Shown: positions 1 to 10,460, numbered from the stretch's first letter. The stretch is DNA of 64,000 nt from Nitrospinota bacterium (GCA_029881495.1 JAOUMJ010000013.1:3954-67953); one strand, 5' to 3'. The notes: generated by a model not told the origin, from the letters alone. A program made the numbers and translations.

Positions 1-1
1 T

Positions 2-658
2 ACGAAGGAAGGAAGAGAGAATTTAAAAAAAGAGATAGAAGGGCGGCTTTGGTATTCAAGGCAATTAAATCATGAAAATAAAAGCGTACCCGCTACTGTT
101 GTCATAGATTCAGCTCATTATATGCGTATCGAATATGATTACTTGCAAGGAGTAAAGGCAGATTGCAGGAAAGGATTGGTTCCAAATGCCGGGATATTGG
201 AAAAACTTGTAGGGCATTACGCCAGTATATGGCCGTATAACAATGGTGAAAGTACAACGCTTCACGGAGATCTTTCAATTGATAACGTAATAGAAGGTGA
301 TGGCTGCATTCGCATTATTGATTGGGAGCACTTTCGTGAAAGTTCAACATTTTGGGGATATGATGCATTATACGCAATTTTTGAAACTTTATGGTTTGGG
401 ATGCGGGAGCGAGCCAAGCCACAATCAAGAGAAATAAAAATAATTAAAAAACTTATAAGTATTTTAAATTCAACATCTTTTTTACAACGAGACAACAAGG
501 ATAAACCCTTGATGTCAGTAATTGGATATTTGCAAAATAACAAGGCAATGTGGGGTGAACAACTAGAAAAATGCCCAAATAAACTTCCGGTTTTATTATA
601 CTCCAAAGAACAAGTGTCACTTATTGATCACATGATATCTGAAAAGGATAGTGATTAA
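2..658 (+). CDS. Phosphotransferase/kinase-family protein (APH/choline-kinase-like), 5' partial
   Basis: The frame stays open from the first base of the window to the annotated ATG, so the gene starts upstream of the window. It carries HGDLSIDNV and IIDWE motifs, which resemble the catalytic loop and Mg-binding motifs of aminoglycoside/choline-kinase-type phosphotransferases. Confidence 0.55.
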   Translation, partial: TKEGRENLKKEIEGRLWYSRQLNHENKSVPATVVIDSAHYMRIEYDYLQGVKADCRKGLVPNAGILEKLVGHYASIWPYNNGESTTLHGDLSIDNVIEGDGCIRIIDWEHFRESSTFWGYDALYAIFETLWFGMRERAKPQSREIKIIKKLISILNSTSFLQRDNKDKPLMSVIGYLQNNKAMWGEQLEKCPNKLPVLLYSKEQVSLIDHMISEKDSD

Positions 659-1412
659 CGTGAGACGGTTGTATCAACAAGAATGGCATGGGATACGATT
701 TGATTCTTTCGCAGAAGTTTCATCAAGCCACCTTGCAAATGGTGAATTCTATAAATTGTTTTATAGCGTCTTTTTTAAAAAATATCGCAATTGGCAGGAA
801 TTGGATGAAAATTGGGTCAAGCTTAAAAAGGAGACGATGAATTTTATCAAAAATCGTATTGGTTCGGATAAAAATAAATCAATTCTCTCAATTGGATGCG
901 GTCTCGGTCTCATAGAAGGTTGGTTGGTTGAGGATGGATATGAGAATTTGGAAATTTCAGAAATATCCGAAATTCCGATCTCCTGGATAAGCCAGAAAAT
1001 CCCAACCGAAAAGAGGCATATTGGTTTATTTCCAGCGTGTGTGCCTGAGAATAGAAAATATGATTATATTTTGCTAGTAGCAGTCGAATATTTTTACAAC
1101 GATAAAGAATTGAGAAAATTTCTGGCAGATGTTAAGAACCTTCTTGTACCAAGTGGGACATGTCTTCTTATTTCATTCCCGGATGAGGATAATGGCCTAC
1201 TTTATTTAATGATTGATACGGCGAAGGAGTATTTAAAACGCATCTTAGGAGTATTAGGTTTAAGAAATATTGGCCAATTTTGGGGATACGTTAGAACTCC
1301 TGCTGAACTCGAAGCCTCAATGAAGAGCGCAGGTTTTAACGACGTAACTGGAACCTTTATCGATACGAACACCTCTTGGAAAAATTATAGTGTTGTTGGA
1401 CGCAATAATTGA
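651..1412 (+). CDS. Class I SAM-dependent methyltransferase
   Basis: A GTG start overlaps the upstream stop. A glycine-rich SAM-binding motif (ILSIGCGLGLIEG) is followed by an acidic residue at the expected spacing. Confidence 0.5.
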   Translation: MINVRRLYQQEWHGIRFDSFAEVSSSHLANGEFYKLFYSVFFKKYRNWQELDENWVKLKKETMNFIKNRIGSDKNKSILSIGCGLGLIEGWLVEDGYENLEISEISEIPISWISQKIPTEKRHIGLFPACVPENRKYDYILLVAVEYFYNDKELRKFLADVKNLLVPSGTCLLISFPDEDNGLLYLMIDTAKEYLKRILGVLGLRNIGQFWGYVRTPAELEASMKSAGFNDVTGTFIDTNTSWKNYSVVGRNN

Positions 1413-1431
1413 ATAATAGAATGAATCGAAA

Positions 1432-2547
1432 ATGATCAGATTATCTAAGTCGATTGTCGGTCAGATTGAAGCTGAAGCAGTGGCAAAAGTAATTTGTGAA
1501 GACGGATACCTCGGCATGGGAAGCGAGGTGAAGCTTTTCGAGGAAGAGATAGCAACCTTCATAGGGGTCCCTGCGGAAAACATATGTTGTGTAAATTCAG
1601 GAACAGCAGCTTTGCATCTGGCAGTTCAAGCGGTAACAGAACCGGGCGATGAAGTGCTGGTTCAATCTTTAACTTTTGTTGCTTCCTTTCAGGCAATAAG
1701 CGGTGCTGGCGCTGTGCCGATACCTTGTGAAGTATTACCTGAAAGTATTACGCTAGATATTGAAGATGCCAGGAAGAGGCTTACAGAAAAGACAAAAGCT
1801 GTGATGCCGGTTCACTATGGCAGCAATCCCGGTAACCTTGACGCTATTTATGAATTCGCCGAAAAGGAAAACTTGCGCGTAATAGAAGACGCAGCACATG
1901 CATTTGGTTGTAAATACAAAGGGAGAAATATCGGTTCATTTGGTGATATTATCTGCTTCAGTTTCGATGGAATAAAAAATATAACGAGCGGAGAAGGGGG
2001 TGCTATTGTAACCTCTGACAGGAATGTTATGGCACTGGCAAAAGATGCACGACTCCTCGGTGTGGAGAAAGATACTGAAATGAGATTCAACGGTAAAAGG
2101 AGCTGGGAGTTTGACGTGAAACATCAAGGCTACCGTTTTCATATGAGCAATATATTTGCCGCAGTAGGGAGGGTTCAGCTTGGGCGGTTTATCAGTGAGT
2201 TCGCACCCAAGAGAGTGGCAATAGCTGAAAAGTACCGTGAGCTACTTGATGGAGTAAAAGGATTAAAGCTCCTTGAATCGGATTTACGATTCGTTGTGCC
2301 GCATATAATGCCGGTGAGGATTCTTGATGGTAACCGTGACGGGTTAAAGGATTATCTGGAGAAAAAAGGGATTCAGACAGGAATACACTACAAACCTAAT
2401 CACATGTTAAGCTTGTACGGAGATAGAGCCTATGACCTTGGCACTTCGGAAAAACTTTATAGCGAGCTTCTGAGCCTCCCGCTTCACCCTGAAGTAACAG
2501 AAGAACATGTAGTCAATATTTGTGAAAGTATTAAAAGCTATTTTTGA
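1432..2547 (+). CDS. DegT/DnrJ/EryC1/StrS-family PLP-dependent sugar aminotransferase or dehydratase
   Basis: The translation has the family-typical N-terminus (NSGTAALHLAV) and DAAHAFG motif, plus a lysine region that fits a PLP site. It sits next to rfbF and rfbG. Confidence 0.8.
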   Translation: MIRLSKSIVGQIEAEAVAKVICEDGYLGMGSEVKLFEEEIATFIGVPAENICCVNSGTAALHLAVQAVTEPGDEVLVQSLTFVASFQAISGAGAVPIPCEVLPESITLDIEDARKRLTEKTKAVMPVHYGSNPGNLDAIYEFAEKENLRVIEDAAHAFGCKYKGRNIGSFGDIICFSFDGIKNITSGEGGAIVTSDRNVMALAKDARLLGVEKDTEMRFNGKRSWEFDVKHQGYRFHMSNIFAAVGRVQLGRFISEFAPKRVAIAEKYRELLDGVKGLKLLESDLRFVVPHIMPVRILDGNRDGLKDYLEKKGIQTGIHYKPNHMLSLYGDRAYDLGTSEKLYSELLSLPLHPEVTEEHVVNICESIKSYF

Positions 2548-2566
2548 TGATTTATTAAGGAGTAAT

Positions 2567-3334
2567 ATGAAAGTAATTATTCTTTGTGGCGGGCTAGGAA
2601 CAAGGCTTAGCGAAGAGACGCAAATAAAACCGAAACCGATGGTCGAGATAGGTGGAGATCCTATTCTTAGGCATGTAATGAAAATATACGACAAGTACGG
2701 ATTCAATGAATTCGTTTTAGCCCTGGGATATAAGGGAGAATATATAAAGGACTACTTCCTCGATTACCATCCCCTTACGAGCGACGTAACTGTGCACCTC
2801 TCCTCAGGCAAGGTGGATTATGCAAACCCTACCGCGGAAGACTGGCATGTGAAGATGATAGATACCGGGAAGGACAGCATGACCGGCGGGAGACTTAATA
2901 GGTTGAAAAACGTGTTAAAGAATGAAAATACTTTCATGATGACATACGGTGATGGGGTTTCCGATGTAAACATAAAGTCATTGCTTGATTTCCATAAAAA
3001 GCATGGGCAGATAGCAACGGTAACGGCTGTGCGTCCACCTGCCAGATTTGGCGGAATGGTATTTGAAGGAGATAAGGTTGTCGACTTCAAGGAAAAACCG
3101 CAGACTGGAGAGGGGTGGATAAACGGAGGTTTTTTTGTTTTTGAGAAAAAGATTTTTGATTATCTGCATGGCGATAGTACAGTTCTGGAAAAAGAGCCGC
3201 TTGAAAATCTTGCGAAAGATGGGGAACTTATGGCTTACAAACATGAAGGCTTCTGGCAGTGCATGGACACTGTGCGGGACAGGAATTTCCTTGAATCCCT
3301 CCTTGAGCGCAATGAAGCGCCATGGACTAAATAG
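2567..3334 (+). CDS. rfbF: Glucose-1-phosphate cytidylyltransferase
   Basis: The N-terminus MKVIILCGGLGTRL...KPKPMVEIGG is the classic RfbF/DdhA signature. The true start at 2567 follows an AAGGAG RBS; the ORF-track start at 2522 is an upstream extension. Confidence 0.8.
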   Translation: MKVIILCGGLGTRLSEETQIKPKPMVEIGGDPILRHVMKIYDKYGFNEFVLALGYKGEYIKDYFLDYHPLTSDVTVHLSSGKVDYANPTAEDWHVKMIDTGKDSMTGGRLNRLKNVLKNENTFMMTYGDGVSDVNIKSLLDFHKKHGQIATVTAVRPPARFGGMVFEGDKVVDFKEKPQTGEGWINGGFFVFEKKIFDYLHGDSTVLEKEPLENLAKDGELMAYKHEGFWQCMDTVRDRNFLESLLERNEAPWTK

Positions 3335-3345
3335 GTAGAGCAGAT

Positions 3346-4434
3346 ATGTTTTCAGGTTTATATAGAGGCAAGCGTGTTTTTGTAACTGGGCATACAGGGT
3401 TTAAAGGTTCATGGCTTACTGCATGGCTATTAAATCTGGGTGCGGATGTCGGCGGATTTTCCATAGGTGTTCCAACAGAGCCTTCCAATTTCAAAGTTCT
3501 GGATTTGGAGAAGAGGATAACGCATTTCGCGGGAGATATCAGAGATAGAAAGTTGTTAGGCGATGCGATCGATAGCTTTAAGCCTGAAGCAATATTTCAT
3601 CTTGCCGCACAGCCGATTGTCAGGGAATCATTTGCTGATCCTGTAACAACATTTGAAACTAATGTTATGGGTACGATGAATGTTCTTGAATTGCTAAGAA
3701 CAAGGCCTTCAATTAAAGCTGGAATAATCATCACAAGTGATAAATGCTATAAAAATCTTGGCTGGACATGGGGATATAGGGAAAACGACACTCTTGGCGG
3801 GGGAGATCCATATAGTGCTTCAAAAGCCTGCGCCGAGCTGATATTTCACTCTTATTGTGAATCATTTTTGAAGATGGGGAGTACAAGAGTAGCGACTACG
3901 CGCGCTGGCAATGTAATTGGGGGTGGCGACTGGGCAGCAGACAGGATTGTACCTGATACGGTGAGAGCCTGGAGCAAAAAGAAATCAGTAACTGTACGGT
4001 ACCCAAAGGCTACTCGTCCTTGGCAACATGTCCTCGAACCGTTAGGCGGCTACCTTTGGCTTGGCGTAAAACTGCTGGAGGGCCAGGAAAATGTGAACTG
4101 TGAATCATTCAACTTTGGACCAATGGCTAGTGTTAACCAGCCTGTTGCTGCTCTTCTTGAAGAAATGAAAAAATATTGGTCAGTAGCTGAATGGGAAATT
4201 GAAAAAGTTGATGAATATCAGGAGGCTTCATTATTAAAGCTATCCTGCGATAAGGCTTTAAATGCGCTAGGGTGGGAAGCATCACTTTCATTTGCCGAGA
4301 CTGTCCGTATGACATGTGAATGGTATCAGGCGTATTATGAAAAAGGTGGTAAAGGAATTTACGATCTCACCATGGAGCAGATAAATAATTATGTAAGCAT
4401 TGCCTCGGACAAAGGGCTTGAATGGACAAAGTAA
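3346..4434 (+). CDS. rfbG: CDP-glucose 4,6-dehydratase
   Basis: VFVTGHTGFKGSWL is a Rossmann motif and YSASKA is the SDR catalytic YxxxK. The length and its position after rfbF fit RfbG/DdhB. Confidence 0.8.
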   Translation: MFSGLYRGKRVFVTGHTGFKGSWLTAWLLNLGADVGGFSIGVPTEPSNFKVLDLEKRITHFAGDIRDRKLLGDAIDSFKPEAIFHLAAQPIVRESFADPVTTFETNVMGTMNVLELLRTRPSIKAGIIITSDKCYKNLGWTWGYRENDTLGGGDPYSASKACAELIFHSYCESFLKMGSTRVATTRAGNVIGGGDWAADRIVPDTVRAWSKKKSVTVRYPKATRPWQHVLEPLGGYLWLGVKLLEGQENVNCESFNFGPMASVNQPVAALLEEMKKYWSVAEWEIEKVDEYQEASLLKLSCDKALNALGWEASLSFAETVRMTCEWYQAYYEKGGKGIYDLTMEQINNYVSIASDKGLEWTK

Positions 4435-4889
4435 CCGGGATGAACAAGAGCGGAATCGAAGGACTTCAAATAACACCCCTTAAGCAAATCGATGATGAAA
4501 GAGGCTCTGTGCTCCATATGTTGAGAAGCGATTCTGAGATTTATATAGGGTTTGGGGAGATATACTTTTCGTTTGTAAAGCAAGGGGTTGTGAAAGCCTG
4601 GAAACGGCATAAAGTGATGACTCAACATTTTGCAGTTCCTGTTGGGAGAATAAAACTTGTTCTATTCGATGACAGGAATGCAAGCAGTACAAAAGGAAAT
4701 ATAGAAATTATCGAGATAGGAAGACCGGACAAGTATGAACTCGTCAAAATCCCACCGCTTGTGTGGTATGGATTCAAGGGGATAGGCGAAGGGGAATCAA
4801 TGATAGCAAACTGTACTGATATTCCGCATGACCCTGAGGAAGTGGAACGATGCGACATTGATACCTCTGATATTTCTTATGCATGGTAA
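4422..4889 (+). CDS. RmlC-like cupin sugar epimerase/isomerase
   Basis: A small cupin whose pattern resembles dTDP-4-dehydrorhamnose 3,5-epimerase blocks (ERGSV ... KAWKRHK ... VPVGRIKLVLFDDR). Its start overlaps the rfbG stop, which suggests translational coupling. Confidence 0.5.
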   Translation: MDKVTGMNKSGIEGLQITPLKQIDDERGSVLHMLRSDSEIYIGFGEIYFSFVKQGVVKAWKRHKVMTQHFAVPVGRIKLVLFDDRNASSTKGNIEIIEIGRPDKYELVKIPPLVWYGFKGIGEGESMIANCTDIPHDPEEVERCDIDTSDISYAW

Positions 4890-5032
4890 GTAAAAACTCA
4901 TTTTTTCCAAATTACCTGGAACCACATGTTTTATTAAATGCATATGTATATGGGGATTAGATACATATTTTGTATTCATTTGATTAACTGTGCTATATGC
5001 ACAAAATGTATATAATTTAAAAGACGAAATAT

Positions 5033-6547
5033 ATGAGTATATTTAAGATCAGATTTTCAAGAATAATAATATTTGGCCTGTTAATTTTCTATGTTGTATG
5101 TGGATATATATATTTGAATGTTGAAAATGCGCATATAGTTGATACATATAGCATGGTATTGTTATTTATCATTATAGCGATACTGATTTTATTCCAAGTT
5201 GTCCCTAGCAAGTATGACAGGCCTCTTTTCCTTTTATTTTCAATATTCGTTTTCCAGAAGTACTGTTTGTCTATTTTATTTATGCTTTTGCTTCCAGAAT
5301 ATGGAAGGAAGGAAATGGTAGAGGCATATCAGGTATATGACTCTGCGCAATTTAATAGCATTCTTGTATATTGCATATTCGGAACAATATTGCTTGGGTT
5401 AGGAACAAAGATAGGCGGAAGCATCGCAAATAAAAAAGTATTTTATGAAAATATAAACTTTCTGGACAGGTTAATGCTGAAAATTAACCCGGCCGCAATA
5501 TTAATGATATTTCTTGTCTTGTCTTCGTATTCTTTATATTTGAACTACTATTATAGTATTGGAAGGCATTATTCTGCTTCTGTTGACACCGGATTAAACT
5601 TCCTCAATATATTCAAAAACACTTCGTGGATATTTTACATATCATTGGCTTACGTATCTTTCTTTTGGGGGATCTTAAAGAGATACCAAAAAAAAATTGT
5701 CATATTGACAATTGTATTAATAATAGCAAGTTCTATCGCACAAGGATCAAGGTCATATATTTACGTTTATTTTATTTTGGCAATTTTAATAAAAACTGTT
5801 ACGGGTGGTGACTTCAAGGTGGCATTTAAAAAAACCATATTTGCGATCTTGATTATAATCACCGCAATAACAAGTTATCCCATAGCTTTAGGTATTAGAA
5901 ATGCCGGAAGAGCGGAAAACTATTCAGTCGCAAATTTAGCAAAGCAGATTAAATATGCCTATTTTGCTAATGAAAATCCATATGGTGTTATGACAATGGA
6001 TATTATTTCTAGATTAACAATGATCGAACCGTCATTTAGAATATTAAACGATTTGGAAGTTAACAGCGTTGAAGATAATGTTACAGTAATCGGTGATATT
6101 AAAAGGATTATTAATGGAATGGTGCCAGGCGACTTATTTTCTGACGTTATATATCATACCAGACTATATGCATATGTATATCAAGGTAATTATATTCGAT
6201 ACAACACTGTTGAATGGGGATACTATGAATATTGCTATGCTCTTTTCGGTACTTTCGGTGGCCTGATATTTGTTTTGTTTATTTCGGCAGTGCTCGGTAG
6301 TATTTGGAAGCTCGCACTAATTAGGAATTATGGGTTTAAATCAATTTTGTTGGTATTTTTCATCATGATTTATTGGACAATGTTAAAAAACATGGGTATG
6401 TCATATGTAGTTGCAAATGCTGTTACCGAGATATTTGTATTCTTGTTTTACCTCCCGGTTGCATGGCTTTTATCGCAATTAATGGGCAAGTATTATCTAC
6501 GCAAAAAGTTATTAATTGTAAATAAAGAGAGAGTCGGACAATTTTGA
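5033..6547 (+). CDS. Polytopic membrane protein, probable O-unit polymerase (Wzy-like)
   Basis: A 504-aa, very hydrophobic, AT-rich ORF with about 10-12 predicted TM segments and one larger loop. It sits among glycosyltransferases. Confidence 0.45.
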   Translation: MSIFKIRFSRIIIFGLLIFYVVCGYIYLNVENAHIVDTYSMVLLFIIIAILILFQVVPSKYDRPLFLLFSIFVFQKYCLSILFMLLLPEYGRKEMVEAYQVYDSAQFNSILVYCIFGTILLGLGTKIGGSIANKKVFYENINFLDRLMLKINPAAILMIFLVLSSYSLYLNYYYSIGRHYSASVDTGLNFLNIFKNTSWIFYISLAYVSFFWGILKRYQKKIVILTIVLIIASSIAQGSRSYIYVYFILAILIKTVTGGDFKVAFKKTIFAILIIITAITSYPIALGIRNAGRAENYSVANLAKQIKYAYFANENPYGVMTMDIISRLTMIEPSFRILNDLEVNSVEDNVTVIGDIKRIINGMVPGDLFSDVIYHTRLYAYVYQGNYIRYNTVEWGYYEYCYALFGTFGGLIFVLFISAVLGSIWKLALIRNYGFKSILLVFFIMIYWTMLKNMGMSYVVANAVTEIFVFLFYLPVAWLLSQLMGKYYLRKKLLIVNKERVGQF

Positions 6548-6691
6548 AATGGAAAGTGATGTTCCAGCTAAGTTTGTTTGGAAATCCACAATCATTTAAA
6601 TATATTACTAATAATTAATTCGAACAAAATATATTTCCAGCATTAGATGTTTGTAAAAGTAGGTAGTCAGGCTAATTGATTATAGGAAACT

Positions 6692-7897
6692 ATGAAAAGT
6701 AATATATTCGCGGTTTTTGGATCAGTTTTTGCTGGGCTATTTGTTTTTATAATATCAACATATAACCTGCAAGATTTTAACTCGGAGGACATAGGGTTAG
6801 GAATAAATACCCAAAGTAAATCGGGCTATAGAGATAGCAGATTGATCTCCAGTAATGTGATGGAAGATGTGAACGAGATAGTAGATAATTTTAGATATTA
6901 CAAGAATAATAATAAATACCATACAGCGCTGCTGCTAGGTGCATCACAGCTACACGCGATTAATGCGTTGCAAGAAAGTGATCTGCTGGCTGTCGAAGTG
7001 GCAAATTCGAGAGCTTTTGAAAATTCAGATAGCCTTGTCTATTTTCAACTGTCTAAACCAAATGCAAATTTTCATGATGTGCTAGGGATGTACCTAGCCT
7101 TTACGCTGGAGAATAATGAACATCCGGATTATTTGGTTTTGCCATTTGTATACGATGACTTGAGAGAAACGGGAATGCAGAATGATGTTATTAAGCATTT
7201 GCCAAACAATATACAGGAGATATTGCCATTTGAATCCGAAGGGACTAATCAAATTATTTCCTTGGCAAACCTAGAAAATAATGCGGTTTCAATTGGAACT
7301 GACGATCCGGTTAAGGATATTACGATGAGTAACTCGCCTCAGGATGCAGTGGAAAAATATATTATTCGGTCCCTTGAGGGATTTTCAAAGTCGTATGAAA
7401 AACGCGGTAATTTGCAATCGTGGATTGAGTTTCAAATGAAATACTATTTCAGGAAAACAAAAATAGGAATTAAAAGGATCTACTTGGCTAGCACAAATAA
7501 ACATTATATGCCGATAGAACATATACAAGATAAGATCTCGCATTGGAATATAAAAGCCTTTATATCTTTATTGAAAATTACCAATTTTAACGGGGTAAAG
7601 GTATTTGTTTACCGTCAACCTCATAGGCCGGATAAGCCTGAGTATTTTATGCATAACAGGAAGGAGTATGATCGATACTTTGCTTACATCTCTGAATTAT
7701 GTATTGAAAATTGCCAGGTAATCGGTGATTTTGAATTGCTGGTTCCAAGTGAATACTATGGATTAAATATTGATGGTTTTCCAGATCCATTTCATTTCCA
7801 GGGGATTGGCCATAAGTTGCTTGGAGAGAAAATTCACACTTCCTTGAAAGCTCAAATTCAGCTTTCCTCAATAAATAGACACGTAGTATCTCGATGA
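6692..7897 (+). CDS. Membrane-anchored DltD/AlgJ-like (SGNH-like) protein, putative acyltransferase partner of the downstream MBOAT
   Basis: It has an N-terminal TM anchor, an LLLGASQL block and a C-terminal DPFHFQGIGHKLL block of D-x-x-H type. It lies immediately upstream of an MBOAT gene, as in dltD-dltB or algJ-algI arrangements. Confidence 0.4.
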   Translation: MKSNIFAVFGSVFAGLFVFIISTYNLQDFNSEDIGLGINTQSKSGYRDSRLISSNVMEDVNEIVDNFRYYKNNNKYHTALLLGASQLHAINALQESDLLAVEVANSRAFENSDSLVYFQLSKPNANFHDVLGMYLAFTLENNEHPDYLVLPFVYDDLRETGMQNDVIKHLPNNIQEILPFESEGTNQIISLANLENNAVSIGTDDPVKDITMSNSPQDAVEKYIIRSLEGFSKSYEKRGNLQSWIEFQMKYYFRKTKIGIKRIYLASTNKHYMPIEHIQDKISHWNIKAFISLLKITNFNGVKVFVYRQPHRPDKPEYFMHNRKEYDRYFAYISELCIENCQVIGDFELLVPSEYYGLNIDGFPDPFHFQGIGHKLLGEKIHTSLKAQIQLSSINRHVVSR

Positions 7898-7922
7898 TTT
7901 TATATAAGGGCGCTGCAAATTA

Positions 7923-9383
7923 ATGTTGTTTAACAGTATAACCTACATCCTGTTTTTATCGTTTGCAGTGTTTGCTTACTGGAATTTACCGTATAGATAT
8001 AGGATTACCTTTCTGTCCGGTATGAGCCTTTTGTTTTATTCCTTTTGGAGAGTAGAGTTTTGTCTATTAATTATATTTTCTGCAGGCGTAGATTTTATAG
8101 CGTCGCGAAAAATATATGGTTCTGAAGACGAAAGAAAAAGGAAGATTTATCTTGCAATAAGTCTTGTTACCAACCTAGGTCTGTTAGCAATATTTAAATA
8201 CACATACTTTGTATATGATAATATAAGCTTCATTGCAACTCAGGCAAATTATAGATTCCCTTCGTTTGATTCTATTGCGATTAAGATAATTTTGCCTCTA
8301 GGAATATCTTTTTATACTTTTCAAACTATTAGTTATACGATTGATGTCTTTCGGAAAATAGTGAAACCAATAGACAATTTTAATTTGTTTCTTGCTTATG
8401 TCATTTTTTGGCCGCAATTAATTGCAGGTCCTATCTTACGATTCGGTGAGGTAGTTCCTCAGCTTGTTGAAGAAAAGAAGTTTATGCCAGAATTGGCAAG
8501 TTCTGGAATTGTTTTAATTATTGTAGGGTTATTCAAAAAGGTAGTTTTGGCTGACAATTTAGCGATATTTGTTGACGCAGGTTTTGAAGCATCTGTATCT
8601 CAATTGAATGCTTTGGATATATGGTTGCTGTCTTTTATGTTTGGATTTCAAATATATTTTGATTTTTCAGCATATTCTGACATTGCTATAGGCTCTGCAA
8701 GACTTTTAGGTATATATTTTCCAGATAATTTCAACTGGCCCTATATGGCAGTATCACCAAAGGAGTTCTGGAATAGATGGCATATTTCACTTTCTTCATG
8801 GGTTCGTGATTATCTGTATCTGCCTATAATTGGAGAGAAATTTAGAACAGACAGTAAGGGCGGAATAGGAGAGGCGGCAGTATCAAAAAAAAGAGACAGA
8901 AATAAAGCTCTGTTTGTAACTTGGATGTTAATGGGATTGTGGCATGGAGCAAATTGGACATTTGTGCTATGGGGTATATATCATGCCGTCTTTATCTTTA
9001 TATACCGAGTGATCAAGATATTCAATTTTCTTGAACGGAAACTTCCGGTCATTTCGTGGTTATTTACTATTTTTGTAGTTATGGCAGGCTGGATTTTGTT
9101 TAGATCTGAAAATATTTCAGAATCAGCTGCCATGTATTCAATATTGCTAAATCCCAATAACTATTCGCTCAACGGGCGAATCTTTCCACTCCAGGATTAT
9201 TTCATGGTATTTGTGTTGATATCCACCATGGTTATCATGTATGAAATATGGAAGAAAAACATAAATAGATATTTTGATTCAATTGGTTGGGTTTTCACTA
9301 GATACGCGGCAATTGCTGTAATGATATTTTTTATTGCTGTCTATCTTAAGCCGGTTCAACAATTTATCTATTTTCAATTTTAA
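7923..9383 (+). CDS. MBOAT-family membrane-bound O-acyltransferase (AlgI/DltB-like)
   Basis: Multi-TM protein with the MBOAT hallmark WNRWHISLSSWVRDYLYLPI, which contains the conserved histidine. Confidence 0.8.
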   Translation: MLFNSITYILFLSFAVFAYWNLPYRYRITFLSGMSLLFYSFWRVEFCLLIIFSAGVDFIASRKIYGSEDERKRKIYLAISLVTNLGLLAIFKYTYFVYDNISFIATQANYRFPSFDSIAIKIILPLGISFYTFQTISYTIDVFRKIVKPIDNFNLFLAYVIFWPQLIAGPILRFGEVVPQLVEEKKFMPELASSGIVLIIVGLFKKVVLADNLAIFVDAGFEASVSQLNALDIWLLSFMFGFQIYFDFSAYSDIAIGSARLLGIYFPDNFNWPYMAVSPKEFWNRWHISLSSWVRDYLYLPIIGEKFRTDSKGGIGEAAVSKKRDRNKALFVTWMLMGLWHGANWTFVLWGIYHAVFIFIYRVIKIFNFLERKLPVISWLFTIFVVMAGWILFRSENISESAAMYSILLNPNNYSLNGRIFPLQDYFMVFVLISTMVIMYEIWKKNINRYFDSIGWVFTRYAAIAVMIFFIAVYLKPVQQFIYFQF

Positions 9384-9391
9384 TATATCAT

Positions 9392-10315
9392 ATGGCTCCC
9401 AAAGTAAGTGTCATCATAAACTGTCTTAACAGCGAAAAATATCTCCAAGAGGCGATAGACTCCGTTTATTCCCAAACATGTACTGATTGGGAAATTATAT
9501 TGTGGGATAATGCTTCTACCGATAAAACAGCGCAGATAGCAAACAGTTACAAAGAAAAACTCAGGTACTATAGAAGTGAGGTAACCACCACGCTTGGCCA
9601 GGCAAGAAACAATGCTTTGGAAAAGGCAAACGGAGAATTGATAGCGTTTTTGGATAGTGACGACATCTGGATGCCTGAAAAGCTGGAGAAGCAATTACCA
9701 TTGTTTGGAAATCCAAAAGTCGGGATTGTTTATTCTGATGCGCTATATTTTAACAGTAATGGTTATGCCAAGAGACAGCATGGCAACAAGATTCCAAAAC
9801 AGGGAATGGTTTGGGAAGAACTATTGAAAAATTATTCAATTACATTATCGACTGCTGTGGTTAGACGTTCAGCTATAAACACTTTGAGTTATTGTTTCGA
9901 TGAATCATTCAATTTTATTGAGGAATATGATCTTTTTCTACGTTTAGCGAAGAACTGGAATGTCTGCTATTCGCCAGAAATGTTATGCAAGTACCGAATG
10001 CATGAAAAGAATTATTCGTTTACGCATACAGAATTATTTGTAAAAGAAAAAATGGTATTATTACAAAAATACAAGGAAATATACGAGGATTTTAAGGGAA
10101 AGAATTATGAAAGAATGGCCGTTATCATCATGCGTACTGTAGCAAAAAATCAATGGGCAAGAGGTGATAGTAAAGGGGCACGATCGATAATAAAAGAAGT
10201 TATGTTTAAAGATGCCAAATCAATGATGTTATATTTTGCCTCATTTGTTTCCTACAAAATATATTTAGCTCTTAGAAAATATTTGTCTAAGCGCCCATTT
10301 CTAATTAATGATTAA
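9392..10315 (+). CDS. Family 2 glycosyltransferase
   Basis: VSVIINCLN ... DSVYSQT ... WEIILWDNASTD ... FLDSDDIW: the GT-A fold with DxD motif. Confidence 0.8.
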   Translation: MAPKVSVIINCLNSEKYLQEAIDSVYSQTCTDWEIILWDNASTDKTAQIANSYKEKLRYYRSEVTTTLGQARNNALEKANGELIAFLDSDDIWMPEKLEKQLPLFGNPKVGIVYSDALYFNSNGYAKRQHGNKIPKQGMVWEELLKNYSITLSTAVVRRSAINTLSYCFDESFNFIEEYDLFLRLAKNWNVCYSPEMLCKYRMHEKNYSFTHTELFVKEKMVLLQKYKEIYEDFKGKNYERMAVIIMRTVAKNQWARGDSKGARSIIKEVMFKDAKSMMLYFASFVSYKIYLALRKYLSKRPFLIND

Positions 10316-10460
10316 GTTGACTAGGCGTTTATGGTTCAGCGTATCTGGTATCATACTTGATTTTTAATCCTGGAACATTTACTATTCACGCGCTCGTGAA
10401 TAGAGTATTTATTGCGTTATAACCGGTTATATATCGATTGGGTATTGGAGAGATGTTTAT

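Noticed and set aside
2522-2566. Upstream extensions of rfbF (2522), the RRM gene (45752), the holin-like gene (49097), lepA (37365) and the cupin gene (54100) in the ORF track
   Set aside because: In each case a downstream in-frame start is preceded by a good Shine-Dalgarno sequence and matches the conserved family N-terminus. The extensions overlap upstream genes or lack an RBS.
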